The notes beneath the pieces were generated by a model. It ran no database searches, was not told the origin of the DNA, and was given only the letters and a program-made list of their open reading frames with translations. Shown here in pieces: positions 17,657-28,300 of a stretch of DNA of 36,886 nt. Position numbers and translations under genes: made by a program. Source of the stretch: a virus (Duplodnaviria; Heunggongvirae; Uroviricota; Caudoviricetes); the IMG/VR virus record IMGVR_UViG_3300029305_002776; one strand, given 5' to 3'. Positions within the stretch are counted from its first letter, which is position 1, and every line of letters starts with the position of its first letter.

Positions 17657-18989
17657 TCAATATAGAAACAGGGTGAAATCTCAAGGTGGACAGATGGGGA
17701 AAGCGCTTAAGCATCAGTCTGATGTAATTATGGATGCAACGTTTCATAGAGACATTGCATTTCGTACATGTTATCTTCAAGATAAAGATACCATTTTCCC
17801 AGAACAAACTATTGATGGTTACCGTAAAGCAAAGTCTGTTTATGCTGGCAAATCAGAATATGACCCAAAACGGTTGAAGGGATTTAAACCTATTGATGCT
17901 AAGTATTTAGTAAAATCTTATTACTCAATTTCTGGTGATACGATTGATTATTATTTGCAATTTAGGCCAAACGCACATGGCAAGAATCTAAATATTCGAG
18001 TTGGTGCATATGTGTTTATCCCTGATGATTTGGGGGTATATAATTTATGGCTTATTGTTGCAAGAGATGATAGACCACAATTCCCACAATTCTATGTATT
18101 AAGATGTGATTTCATTGCAAAATGGCATATATCTGAAAAAGATAGGGTTAATTATGAAGGAGCACATGTTGATACAGGAACATATTTTTCTTGGGCTGTC
18201 GCTAGAATCCAATCAAGCTATAATAGTGGTATTTGGACAGATTATCTTACAACATCAGTAGAAAATCAGAAGAAACTCTGGATGCCCACTAATATTGATA
18301 CACAAACACTAATCTATAACGAGCATATTACAATAAGTAATAATCCACTTCGACGCACATCATGGGAAGTGACTAAGGTTGTTGATACTGAACCGATTGG
18401 TCTTACAAAGATTACATTAGCTCAGCAGCTTGAATATGGTTCTCGTGATGACCTATCTTGGGTTAACACAACATCAAATAAACTTTCTGACACAGAACAT
18501 GGTGCCGATTATGATTTCTTCCAGCTTCGCACGAATGATAAGGAACAACACTCACCTATTAATGAATATGTAGCCAACGATAGTATAATTTCATTTAGTG
18601 GAGTGAAACCAAATCTTAAGTGTGGCGGCAGCTATAAAACATATACTGCAAACTTCTATAATGGCGGTAAGCTTGTCGCTTATACACCGTATTGGAATAT
18701 AAGTTATGTTAAGGATGGCGTAGAAATTTGTGCAATGCATTTTGACTATAGCGGGGATGGCCTTATAGTTAATGGCGCATTTGATGTGTCTCAAGATAGG
18801 AAGATTACTTTTGGTGATGACATATTTGGTATTCAGTATGCTTATAGTGCAGAAAAGCCAAGCGAGATTAAGATTAGATGCCTGTCAATTCTTAATATGG
18901 TTGGAGGAAAACTTATAATTAAAGCAGATGCTTCTTCTGGACAGGGCAACCTATCTGCTTCTATTGAAGTGGAGGTGGAAGGTCTATGA
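17649..18989 (+). CDS. Putative head-closure/neck protein
   Basis: ATG 17649 after gaggaaggtg. Function inferred from position between connector and tail terminator. Confidence 0.6.
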   Translation: MFDQYRNRVKSQGGQMGKALKHQSDVIMDATFHRDIAFRTCYLQDKDTIFPEQTIDGYRKAKSVYAGKSEYDPKRLKGFKPIDAKYLVKSYYSISGDTIDYYLQFRPNAHGKNLNIRVGAYVFIPDDLGVYNLWLIVARDDRPQFPQFYVLRCDFIAKWHISEKDRVNYEGAHVDTGTYFSWAVARIQSSYNSGIWTDYLTTSVENQKKLWMPTNIDTQTLIYNEHITISNNPLRRTSWEVTKVVDTEPIGLTKITLAQQLEYGSRDDLSWVNTTSNKLSDTEHGADYDFFQLRTNDKEQHSPINEYVANDSIISFSGVKPNLKCGGSYKTYTANFYNGGKLVAYTPYWNISYVKDGVEICAMHFDYSGDGLIVNGAFDVSQDRKITFGDDIFGIQYAYSAEKPSEIKIRCLSILNMVGGKLIIKADASSGQGNLSASIEVEVEGL

Positions 18990-19555
18990 TTACAGATATG
19001 GGACGTGATTTACAAAATATTGATGATGATATTTTGTATGCCAAACGTGTAATTAAAGAAAAATTATGCAAGGATTCTGATATTATTAAGTATCTTCATA
19101 ACGAGGAACTTGAAAGAATTGATGCAGAACCAGATGAATATTTTGGTGTAAACATTCTGCCATTTATTAGAATTCCTGGCACACTTGATAAGGTGAAGAA
19201 TTTTATTTGTTTTTCAGTAGATGATATTGAAGATTTACAATACAATGAAGCAATGAAAACACAATATATTCAGTTCCAAGTATTTTGTCATTCAGATGAC
19301 ATAGATACTAAATTGGGTATTTCTAGACATGATTTGCTTGGGTATTTAATTCGAGATATCTTTAATTGGACAAATATTATTGGATTGCAATTTAAGCTTA
19401 TATATAATAGGGAAAGTGTTACTGACACTAACTTTTCTTGTAGGTTGTTAAAGTTTGAAGCTGTAAAACCAAATTCTTTGAATCGTGGAGTAATGCAGCC
19501 AAAAGTTAGAAAGAATGACAAGGTGAATAATCATGGACTCATTGTTCGAGATTGA
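18986..19555 (+). CDS. Putative tail terminator/completion protein
   Basis: ATGA overlap; pattern NFICF...IQFQVFCH...RHDLLGYLIRDIFNW fits tail-completion proteins. Confidence 0.6.
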   Translation: MITDMGRDLQNIDDDILYAKRVIKEKLCKDSDIIKYLHNEELERIDAEPDEYFGVNILPFIRIPGTLDKVKNFICFSVDDIEDLQYNEAMKTQYIQFQVFCHSDDIDTKLGISRHDLLGYLIRDIFNWTNIIGLQFKLIYNRESVTDTNFSCRLLKFEAVKPNSLNRGVMQPKVRKNDKVNNHGLIVRD

Positions 19556-20270
19556 TAGTTTAGGTTTATATATGGGAGATCCATATGTTATTAATGAATA
19601 TATAACTATCACTCAGCCTACTATTGGCCAAATTGCCGAATATGGTGAGAAAAAATATTATTCTATGGTTCATACTTTAACTGCGATCCCTAGTGATATG
19701 AAATCTCAACTTGATGATATGGGTCTCGACTATGAAAAAGTTGAAGATTTTGAGCTTTTTATGATGTTAGCCCCTACTCTCACTAAAGAATCAACTTCTA
19801 TACTTTTTGGAGATATTGATTTTTCTCAACTGAAGATTTTTAAAAATCCTCAGAATGATCAGGTTGTATTAGCTGATAGAGAGACAGGTTTAGTAATAGA
19901 CATGTTGATTTATGAGCGTATTGTTAATTACCTGAGAAAAGTGCATGGCTTTAAGAAAAAAGTTGAACATGCGGCCAATAAGTATACGAAGAGGGTTTTA
20001 ATTGAGGAAGACCGTAGAAATATTGAATTAAATAAGAAGAAACCTTATCAATCATTTTTAACACCATTGGTATCTGCTGTTAAAGTTCGTATGGGTTATA
20101 CGAAAGATTATGTAAAAAATATGGGAATTTATGAATTTACAGATGATATAGCTCGTCTGCAAATTATTCATAACGCTGATGCATTACTTCATGGTATGTA
20201 TGGCGGAATGATAGACACTAAGAAAATTGACAAGAAAGAATTAAATTGGATGAAGGAGATAGAGCATTAA
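19533..20270 (+). CDS. Hypothetical tail-module protein
   Basis: 245-aa ORF directly upstream of the tail tube gene. Confidence 0.6.
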   Translation: MDSLFEIDSLGLYMGDPYVINEYITITQPTIGQIAEYGEKKYYSMVHTLTAIPSDMKSQLDDMGLDYEKVEDFELFMMLAPTLTKESTSILFGDIDFSQLKIFKNPQNDQVVLADRETGLVIDMLIYERIVNYLRKVHGFKKKVEHAANKYTKRVLIEEDRRNIELNKKKPYQSFLTPLVSAVKVRMGYTKDYVKNMGIYEFTDDIARLQIIHNADALLHGMYGGMIDTKKIDKKELNWMKEIEH

Positions 20271-20284
20271 GTCTATCTCTTTTA
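20254..20284 (+). terminator. Intrinsic terminator
   Basis: Stem gagataga 20256-20263 / tctatctc 20272-20279, followed by a T tract. Confidence 0.72.
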
Positions 20285-20285
20285 T

Positions 20286-20300
20286 TATACACAAAATTAA
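20286..20300 (+). promoter_or_regulatory. Variant motif copy 5 (TATACACAAAATTAA)
   Basis: Core ACAAAATTA retained; sits between the terminator and the tail tube RBS. Confidence 0.42.
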
Positions 20301-20330
20301 TAATAATTTATTTTTATGGAGGTAAAAATT

Positions 20331-21125
20331 ATGGCTTTCGATCTTTCTAATTTCGTAGTTGATAGAATTGTTCGTGCTGTTGCTCTATCTCAGACCGACG
20401 ATTCTGTTTTATTTGCTATTAATCAGGTTACTAACCCTTCTCTGAATGTTACTTCTGAAACTGCCGAGGCTGTTGACGCTCTTGGTGTTCCTGTTGCCAT
20501 CTTTAACCGTGCTAAGAGCTGTGAGTTCTCTGCCGAGAATGCTCTGTTTGACATGAACCTGATGGCTGTTCAGGCTGGTACTTCTAAGAAGACTGCTACT
20601 ACTGCTGCTCCTATTGTAACTCCTGCTTTTGAGACCATTGATATTGATGGTTCTGCTTCTTATACTCTAGCTCATACTCCTATTGAGAGCCCTGCTAAGA
20701 TTTATAAGCTGAACGGCGATGGTACTCTGGGAACTGCCTATGACAAGGCTGACAGTGCTTCTGCTACTGCATTTGCTCTAGCTGGCACCACTCTAACTCC
20801 TCCTACTGGTATGGCTAATGGCGAACAGCTATTTGTGATTTATGAGTACAATGCTACCGATGCTGAGAAGAACGGCGCAGTTGCTGTTATTAACTCTGCT
20901 CAGAACTTCCCTGTTGGTTGTAAGTTAATTGTTGAAGTTCTTGGTTGTGACGTTTGCGATCAGACCAATATGATCTTCGCATATCTAATTTTCCCCAACT
21001 TTAAGCTAAGCCCTGACTTTGACTGGACTATTAGCACCGATTCTACCCATCCTTTCAGCGGTAGAGCTATGCAGGATTACTGCGACAAGGATAAGCAGCT
21101 CTATGAGCTTGTTATTCCAGAATAA
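20331..21125 (+). CDS. Major tail tube protein (YomU-like)
   Basis: ATG 20331 after ggaggt; Ala/Thr-rich, highly expressed codon usage, IFPNFKLSPDF motif; assigned with synteny. Confidence 0.78.
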   Translation: MAFDLSNFVVDRIVRAVALSQTDDSVLFAINQVTNPSLNVTSETAEAVDALGVPVAIFNRAKSCEFSAENALFDMNLMAVQAGTSKKTATTAAPIVTPAFETIDIDGSASYTLAHTPIESPAKIYKLNGDGTLGTAYDKADSASATAFALAGTTLTPPTGMANGEQLFVIYEYNATDAEKNGAVAVINSAQNFPVGCKLIVEVLGCDVCDQTNMIFAYLIFPNFKLSPDFDWTISTDSTHPFSGRAMQDYCDKDKQLYELVIPE

Positions 21126-21138
21126 TTAACCGTTATTC

Positions 21139-21153
21139 ACAATACAAAATTAT
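21139..21153 (+). promoter_or_regulatory. Conserved motif copy 6 (ACAATACAAAATTAT)
   Basis: Exact match, 13 nt after the tail tube stop. Confidence 0.6.
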
Positions 21154-21154
21154 A

Positions 21155-21185
21155 AAAAGAGGAGAGGTTAAACTCTCCTCTTTTC
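21155..21185 (+). terminator. Intrinsic terminator (possibly bidirectional)
   Basis: A tract, stem gaggagag / ctctcctc, then tttt. Confidence 0.8.
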
Positions 21186-21230
21186 GTAATTTATTAAATA
21201 AAATTATCTCCCGAAAAGGAGGCGATATAG

Positions 21231-21572
21231 ATGCGCAAATGTGTATTATGTGGCAAAGAATATGAGTACTGTCCTAATTGTCCTAAAGATTCTAGAAAAC
21301 CATTATGGCACAAACTCTATCATTCTGAAAACTGTCGCAATATCTTTGAGTCATTAAATAATTATAATTTTAAGCTTGCTACTAAGGAAGAGACTCAGGA
21401 AATTCTTTCTAAGTGTGATTTATCAATTGAGTTAAATGACCACTACCGTGGTGAGATTGATGCAATTATGCCAAAAAAGCGTGGCACTAGAGCCAAGATT
21501 GAAATTATCGACGAGGCGATTGTTGAAGTTCAACCAGAAGCCATCGAAGAAATTGTAAAAGAGGCTGAATAA
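21231..21572 (+). CDS. Small Zn-binding hypothetical protein
   Basis: CVLC...CPNC...HSENC; RBS aaggagg. Confidence 0.7.
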   Translation: MRKCVLCGKEYEYCPNCPKDSRKPLWHKLYHSENCRNIFESLNNYNFKLATKEETQEILSKCDLSIELNDHYRGEIDAIMPKKRGTRAKIEIIDEAIVEVQPEAIEEIVKEAE

Positions 21573-21582
21573 GAGCCCAACG

Positions 21583-21652
21583 GAGTAGTTATAACAGAAT
21601 AATCAACAAGACACTGACTACTCTACGAGACAAGTTAGTGTCTTATTTTTTT
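21583..21652 (+). promoter_or_regulatory. Terminator with an overlapping alternative (antiterminator) helix
   Basis: 12-bp stem 21608-21619 / 21633-21644 followed by a T tract; competing 9-bp helix 21583-21591 / 21615-21623. Confidence 0.6.
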
Positions 21653-21716
21653 CGCATTCAGTGTGCAACACGTGAGCACATTGGGGGCAATTAAAAGGAG
21701 CAAAGGAGAAATTGAA

Positions 21717-21941
21717 ATGGCATATAGTCGTTTATTAAATAAATCTTATGACCCATCAAATAGTAGTGTGGTCTATATTTCCAACATGGTTCAGTGTTAT
21801 CGTTACCTACAAAATGGTGCGTCAGTGGATCTTGTTGATATTAAATTCGAAGAAACTAAAAATGATTGTCTTGTTTTTGTATTTCGTAAGTCTCCATTAA
21901 TTCAAGATCTTTATAGAAAATGGCAATCGCACGAATTATGA
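21717..21941 (+). CDS. Small DUF5659-like protein
   Basis: VYISNMVQCYRYLQNG...LVFVFRKSPLIQDLY; ATG 21717 after aaggag. Confidence 0.65.
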   Translation: MAYSRLLNKSYDPSNSSVVYISNMVQCYRYLQNGASVDLVDIKFEETKNDCLVFVFRKSPLIQDLYRKWQSHEL

Positions 21942-22333
21942 ATTACATACTTTATAAAATCTATTATGGTGACGAACTTGTTTATGTTGGAAGAACGAAG
22001 CAAGAACTTAAACAGAGATTAAGAAACCATTTTTTTGGCGGAAATGCAATGACTAAAAAAATAGATATAATTCAAACAACATGGATTGAATATTGCCTTT
22101 GTAAAAGCGAAGCAGACATGAACTTAATGGAAATATATTTAATTTGTAAATATAAACCACGTTTAAACAAAGATGATAAACCCAAAGATGATTTAACAAT
22201 TGTTATACCTGAGCCGCAATTTTATCATTATTGGGAACCTATAATAGATAAATGGAAAAGCAAGCAAATAGAACATTTAATTGACACATCCCCGTTGGAT
22301 TATAATCCAGACGAGGATTTTTATTATTATTGA
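21938..22333 (+). CDS. Free-standing GIY-YIG nuclease (UvrC-like subgroup)
   Basis: ILYKIYY...LVYVGRTKQELKQRLRNH...EIYLICKYKPRLN; ATGA coupling to the upstream gene. Confidence 0.85.
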   Translation: MNYILYKIYYGDELVYVGRTKQELKQRLRNHFFGGNAMTKKIDIIQTTWIEYCLCKSEADMNLMEIYLICKYKPRLNKDDKPKDDLTIVIPEPQFYHYWEPIIDKWKSKQIEHLIDTSPLDYNPDEDFYYY

Positions 22334-22352
22334 AAGGAGGATGTAATGATAT

Positions 22353-25300
22353 ATGGCACTTTCATTTGAAGAATCTAAAAAACTATTAGCTCAACAGGCA
22401 GCAACGCCAATGATGATGTCTGCCCGTACTGACATTATGACATTGAATGATGATAGTGGCACAATTGCAGCATATAGCGGTGAAATGTGGACACGAGACA
22501 ACAGTTATCGTTGGTTTGATGATTATGTTGATGATAAGATTTCTTACATTGATGAAAACAAAAATATTACAATTGACCCATCACAAGTAAACATCTCTCA
22601 AGAAATTAACAGTCAATTTATCCCATTTGAGATGATGCAAAAGTATGATGGAATTGATTTATCAGGAATGACTATCTCAATTCACTACACAAGAAAAGAT
22701 GGAACTCATGGAGAATCCAGTCCTGTTAATGTAGAACATAGTGGCGAAAAAATTAGATTTGTATGGTTAGTTGATGAGCAGGCAACTTGTGTTGTTGGTA
22801 ATCTAAAATTTGAGATTCATGCTGATGGCGCTATAATTGATAGCGAAGGAAATTCATATGGTTATCGTTGGAAATCAAAGTCAACAGACAAATTTAATAT
22901 CATAGAATCACTATGCGGTAACACTGATTGTGAGGAAACAATTGTGGTTAATGATGATTGGGTACAAGACATTGTTACAGATGTTACCAATAAGGTAGCC
23001 AACAAGATTGTTGATGCCCAGATTTCCAATCAAGTTGTAGCAGCTCAAAAAGCTGCATCTGATGCTGAAGCAGCTGCAGATGAGGCACAATCTACAGTAG
23101 AGGCGGCTTTAATCAATTATTATACAAAGTCAGAAGTTGATAATGCTGTTGCTAATGTAAAGGTTGATTTAACTGGTTATGCTACTGAGAGTTATGTTCA
23201 GGAGCAAATTAATGCTATTCCAGACGTGGATTTAAGTGAATATGCATTAAAATCAGAAATTCCAGTTGATTATTTAACAGAAGTTCCCGAAGAATATATC
23301 ACTGACGAAGAGTTAAATGCAAAAGGATATCTTACTGAACATCAGAGCCTTGATGCATATGCTCTTAAGTCTGAAGTTCCTAGTGTTGCTGGATTGGCGA
23401 CAGAAACATATGTGCAAGAAGAAATTGCAAAAGTTGACATTTCTGACCAATTGGTAGATTATGCTAAGAAGTCAGATGTTTACACCAAAGAAGAAGTTGA
23501 TACTGCCATTTCAAATGTGGAAGTTGATTTAAGTGGTTATTACACAAAAACAGAGGTTGATACAAAGACAGATTCTTTATCATCTTTTATTTCAACTAAC
23601 GCATCAAGTATTACATCTCTAAATAAGACAGTTGAGGACATTAATAACACTATTGCGGGAATAGATAAATCCTCTCGTGTAACATATGATGCAACGTATG
23701 GGAATGTAGAAAATGCAGACGGCTCTACTTCAAAATATATGTTTACACTTTGGAAGACTGAGGATGGCGTTAGATCGCCTCAAGATAGATTCCAAATTAT
23801 GGGTGGAGGCGGAGGCGGCAGTAGCAGTGTTACTTTACGTATTGCATATATAGAAGGATATACAACTCCTATTGTTGTGACTGCTAACGATCCAGCAATT
23901 ATAAAATATGAATTCTCTGGCGAAGACTCTGCTGGAGATACTAACTTAGATGGTATTGCATCTTGGAAAGTTGGTAATCGTACTGTTGCTACCCAAGATG
24001 TTGCCACTGGTGTTTGCGAATTTGATTTAACAGATTATGTAAGTATCGGTGATAATAAGATTGTTTTGACAATTACTCATGCTACTGGTGCGCTAGCAAC
24101 AAAAGCATGGACTGTTAAAGTTGTAGATGTTAGACTTGAGTCTAGTTTTGATGATACTAGAGTAAATAATGCAAACTCTTCTGTTAACTTTACGTTCACC
24201 CCATATGGTGGAGTTGAAAAGACAGTTCATTTCTTATTGGATGGAAAAGAAATTGCAACTAAAATAAGTTCTGCTGCAGCTTCTGGTTTGTCTGACTCTT
24301 ATGCTATTCCAGCACAAGAACATGGAACACATCTATTTGAAATTTATATGACAGCGGAGATTAATGGCAAAATAATCGAATCAAATCATATCATTAAAGA
24401 TATAATTTGGTATGATAATAATTCTGATGTTCCTGTTATTGGATGTGTTAATCAAAAGTTTACTGCTCGTCAATATGAGGCAACTAATATTGTATATACT
24501 GTTTATGACCCATCAACTGAAACTCCAAGTGTTACTTTAAGAGCTACTTATGTTAATAAAGATGGTGAAATGGTTGAGGAATTTACCTCTAATCTTGTAT
24601 TAAATTCTAATACACCAGACCCATGGCAGTATAAAACAGATGTTGTTGGTGAACACATTTTAACAATTACATGTGGAGATACAGTAAAGACTTTAGTTGC
24701 TACAATTGTAGAACTTGGTATTAATGTTACTCCTATTACTGCAGGTTTAGCATTCGATTTTAATCCTGTTGGTCGTTCTAATAATGATGAGAATAGACTT
24801 TGGTCTTATGTAGATTCAGGAATTGGAATGACCGTATCTGATAACTTTGACTGGGTAAATGGTGGTTATCAGATTGATAAAAATGGAGACCAATGTTTCT
24901 GTATTAAAGCAGGAACAAGTGCAGAAATTAATTATGAGTTGTTTGGTGATGACGCAAAAGTTAATGGAAAACAATTTAAGTTAATTTTCAAAACAGAAAA
25001 TGTTGCAGAGCCTGATGCTACTTTCTTGTCTTGCATAAGCAACACAACAAGTAGTGACCATGTAGGTGTAGTGATGAAAGCGCATGAGGCAACAATTTAT
25101 GCAAAGACTGCAAGTTTACCATTACCTTATGCAGAAGAAGAAGTTATTGAGTTTGAATTTAATATAACTTCTGACAGCGAATCTCCTTCTATGGTTATGG
25201 GTTATGAAGATGGTGTTTCAACAAGACCTTTTGTTTATGACTCAACTCATGACTTCCAGCAGCATAAAGATTATAGAAAGACAATTTCTTTAGGCTCTAA

Positions 25301-28300
25301 CGACTGTGACCTTTATATCTATAGATTTAAGGTTTATAATACTTCTTTGTCTGATAGAGATATCTTAAATAACTTTATTGCTGATGCTCGTAGCGCAGAA
25401 GAAATGATTGATCGTTATGAGCGCAATCAAATTTACAAAGAAGGCATTCTTGATCCAGATTATTTAGCAGAAATTTGCCCACAACTACGTATTATCAAGA
25501 TTGAAACTCCTTATTTTACTAGCGATAAAGATGAGAAAATTGGTAGTGTAGTTAGTGAAAAAACTGGAGAGACATTAATGACCAGTGTTGAATGTATTTA
25601 TAAAGGTGGAGACCCAATTTTAGATAACTGGGTTGCTACTGACGTGGTACATAGTGGTCAGGGTACGTCTTCGAATAACTATGGCCCATCTGGTCGAAAT
25701 CTTGATATCATCATGAAGAGATATAAAGACAAGAAAACAGACAAATATCTAAATGAGAATCCTATTATTACTTTGAGTAATAACACAGAGGTTAGTAAGG
25801 TTGCTTTGACTAGAAATTCTGTTGATGTTAATTACTTCAATATCAAAGTTAATATAGCTTCTTCTGAAAACGCAAACAATGCTTTGCTTGCAAAGAGATT
25901 TAATACATATCAACCTTATGTACGTCCTATTGTTCGTGATAGCGCTGAAGAAGCAGCAAAGGTTAAGGATACAATGGAATTCCAAAACTGTGTTATCTTT
26001 GTTAAGGAGAGCGACCCAAATCTTAATACTCATCGTGAGTTTAATGACAATAATTGGCATTTTTATGCAATTGGCAATATCGGTGATAGTAAGAAAACTG
26101 ATGACACTCGTCTAACAGATCCAAGCGACCCATATGAATGTATACTTGAGGTTATGGATAATACATTACCTAATTCCACTATGCCTACTGGTGTAGTTGA
26201 TGAAAATGGAGCCCCTGTGTATCCAATTCCTGTAGATCAGTGGACTGTTGGAAATTCCGCATATGATAGCTTATATGCTGAAAAATTTGATGAAAAAAAA
26301 GCAACGGATAAGGAAAATGGACTTGCCGACACTTATGGCTGGCGCTACATCTATGAAGATGGCACTGACGAGCAAAACGCAGAATATCGTGCATATGTTG
26401 AAAATAAGTGGCGTGAATTCTATACTTTTGTAGTTACTGCTACAAACGAAGATTTCAAAGCACATCTTGGTGATTATTGTGTACTAAACTCTGTAATGTA
26501 TTATTATTTATTTACTCTTCGTTACACTATGACAGACAACCATGCAAAGAATTCGTTCTGGCATTATGGTAAAACTGGTGAAGTAGATTCTGATGGCAAT
26601 CCAATTCGTAAATGGGACTTAAACTTCGATTACGACAACGATACAGCTTTGGGTATTGATAACTATGGTCGTATGACATACCGTTATGGTTATGAAGAAA
26701 TCGACTATGTTGATGGAACTAATGACTGGGTTTGGAATGCCCCACAGCATGTATTTTTCCTACGTTTACGTGAACTATTTGATGATGAACTAAGTGCATT
26801 GTATAACGTTCTTCCTGCAGACTGTTGGAGTGCAACTTCTTTAATTAATCAATTTAACGACTGGCAAATGCAGTTCCCAGAAGAACTATGGAGACTTGAT
26901 ATAGAGCGTAAGTATATCCGTACCTATACAGGTTCATACATTAACGGCCCAGCGTATCCAGAATTCTTAACAGAACGTGCAAATGGCCGAAAGAAGGCTC
27001 AACGTGCTCAGTTTGAAAAGAATCAGGAAAAATATATGGCGTCAAAGTTTGTAAGTAAGGCAGCATTCGATGACGATATTATATTGCGTTGCTCGGTGCC
27101 AAATACTACATTGGCCATTCCAGCAAACTTTGATATGCATTTAACTCCATATTCTTATGTGTATTTAAATGTTAAATACAATACGTCTCCCCCAATTAAA
27201 ATACGTGCAGTTCCTAATCAAGAATACACTATTAAGTATGATGGAGATGTCGCAGATATTATTGAGATTTATAGTGCATCTTGTCTCAAGTCTGTTGGTG
27301 ACTTATCTGCATGTTATTTGACAAACGGTACTTTTGCAAATGCAACCAAGCTTCGTGAGCTTGTGCTGGGTAACGGCGCAGTTGGATACAATAATACTAA
27401 TGTCATGACTCTTGGCCTTGGTTCGAATAGCCTATTAAAAAAACTTGATGTTCAAAATATGACTAAATTAAAGAATGCTCTTGATTTGTCTGGTTTGAAA
27501 AATCTTGAAGAGTTATATGCATTCGGTTCTAGTTTTGAGTCTGGTGTTGGCGGCGTTATTTTTGCAGATGGTGGCAACATTGAAATTGCACAAATTCCAG
27601 ATGTTGGCACTTTACAAATGAAAAATCTAAGTTATTTAAAAGACGATAAATTTGAAGCAACATCTTATGATAACTTATCCAAACTGGTTGCAGAAAATTC
27701 ACTGCTTGACTTAATTGCACTGATTAATGACAGTCCAAACTTATATCAGGTTAGATTAATAGGTGTAAATTGGCAACTTGACGATACTAGTTTGTTAGAA
27801 CGTTTGTATGAATTGGCTGGTGTAACTAATACTGATGGGAATTCTGATAGATCAGTTTTAGCAGGGAAGGTTCATGTTAAAACAATTTATGAACAAGATC
27901 TTTATAAATATCAAGCTGCATGGCCTGATTTAGAAATTAGCTGGGACAACTTTGTTTATCAGTATGTAGTAACATTTATAAATGCGGATGAAAATGGAAC
28001 AGTATTAGATGTACAACATGTTGTTCAAAATCAAAAAGCAGAAAACCCAATAGAGAAATTAGAAAACCCAATTCCAGTTCCAACTATGGAAAGTACAGTG
28101 AGTACAAGATATGAGTTTGCTGGTTGGGATACTGATTTAACCAAACCTGTATCTAAAAACATGACAGTAAAAGCCGTTTACAATGAATTTGTTAGAGAAT
28201 ATACTGTGAGGTATGTATCTAATGGTATTGATTGTCAAGAACCTGTTGTTGCGCCTTATGGATCAATTGTAGTATATACTGGCGATATGCCAACTAATAC

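Noticed and set aside
21125-22353. No tape measure gene after the tail tube
   Set aside because: As I recall the SPbeta order, fibre and XkdW/XkdX-like genes come before the tape measure gene, so it is probably beyond the window.
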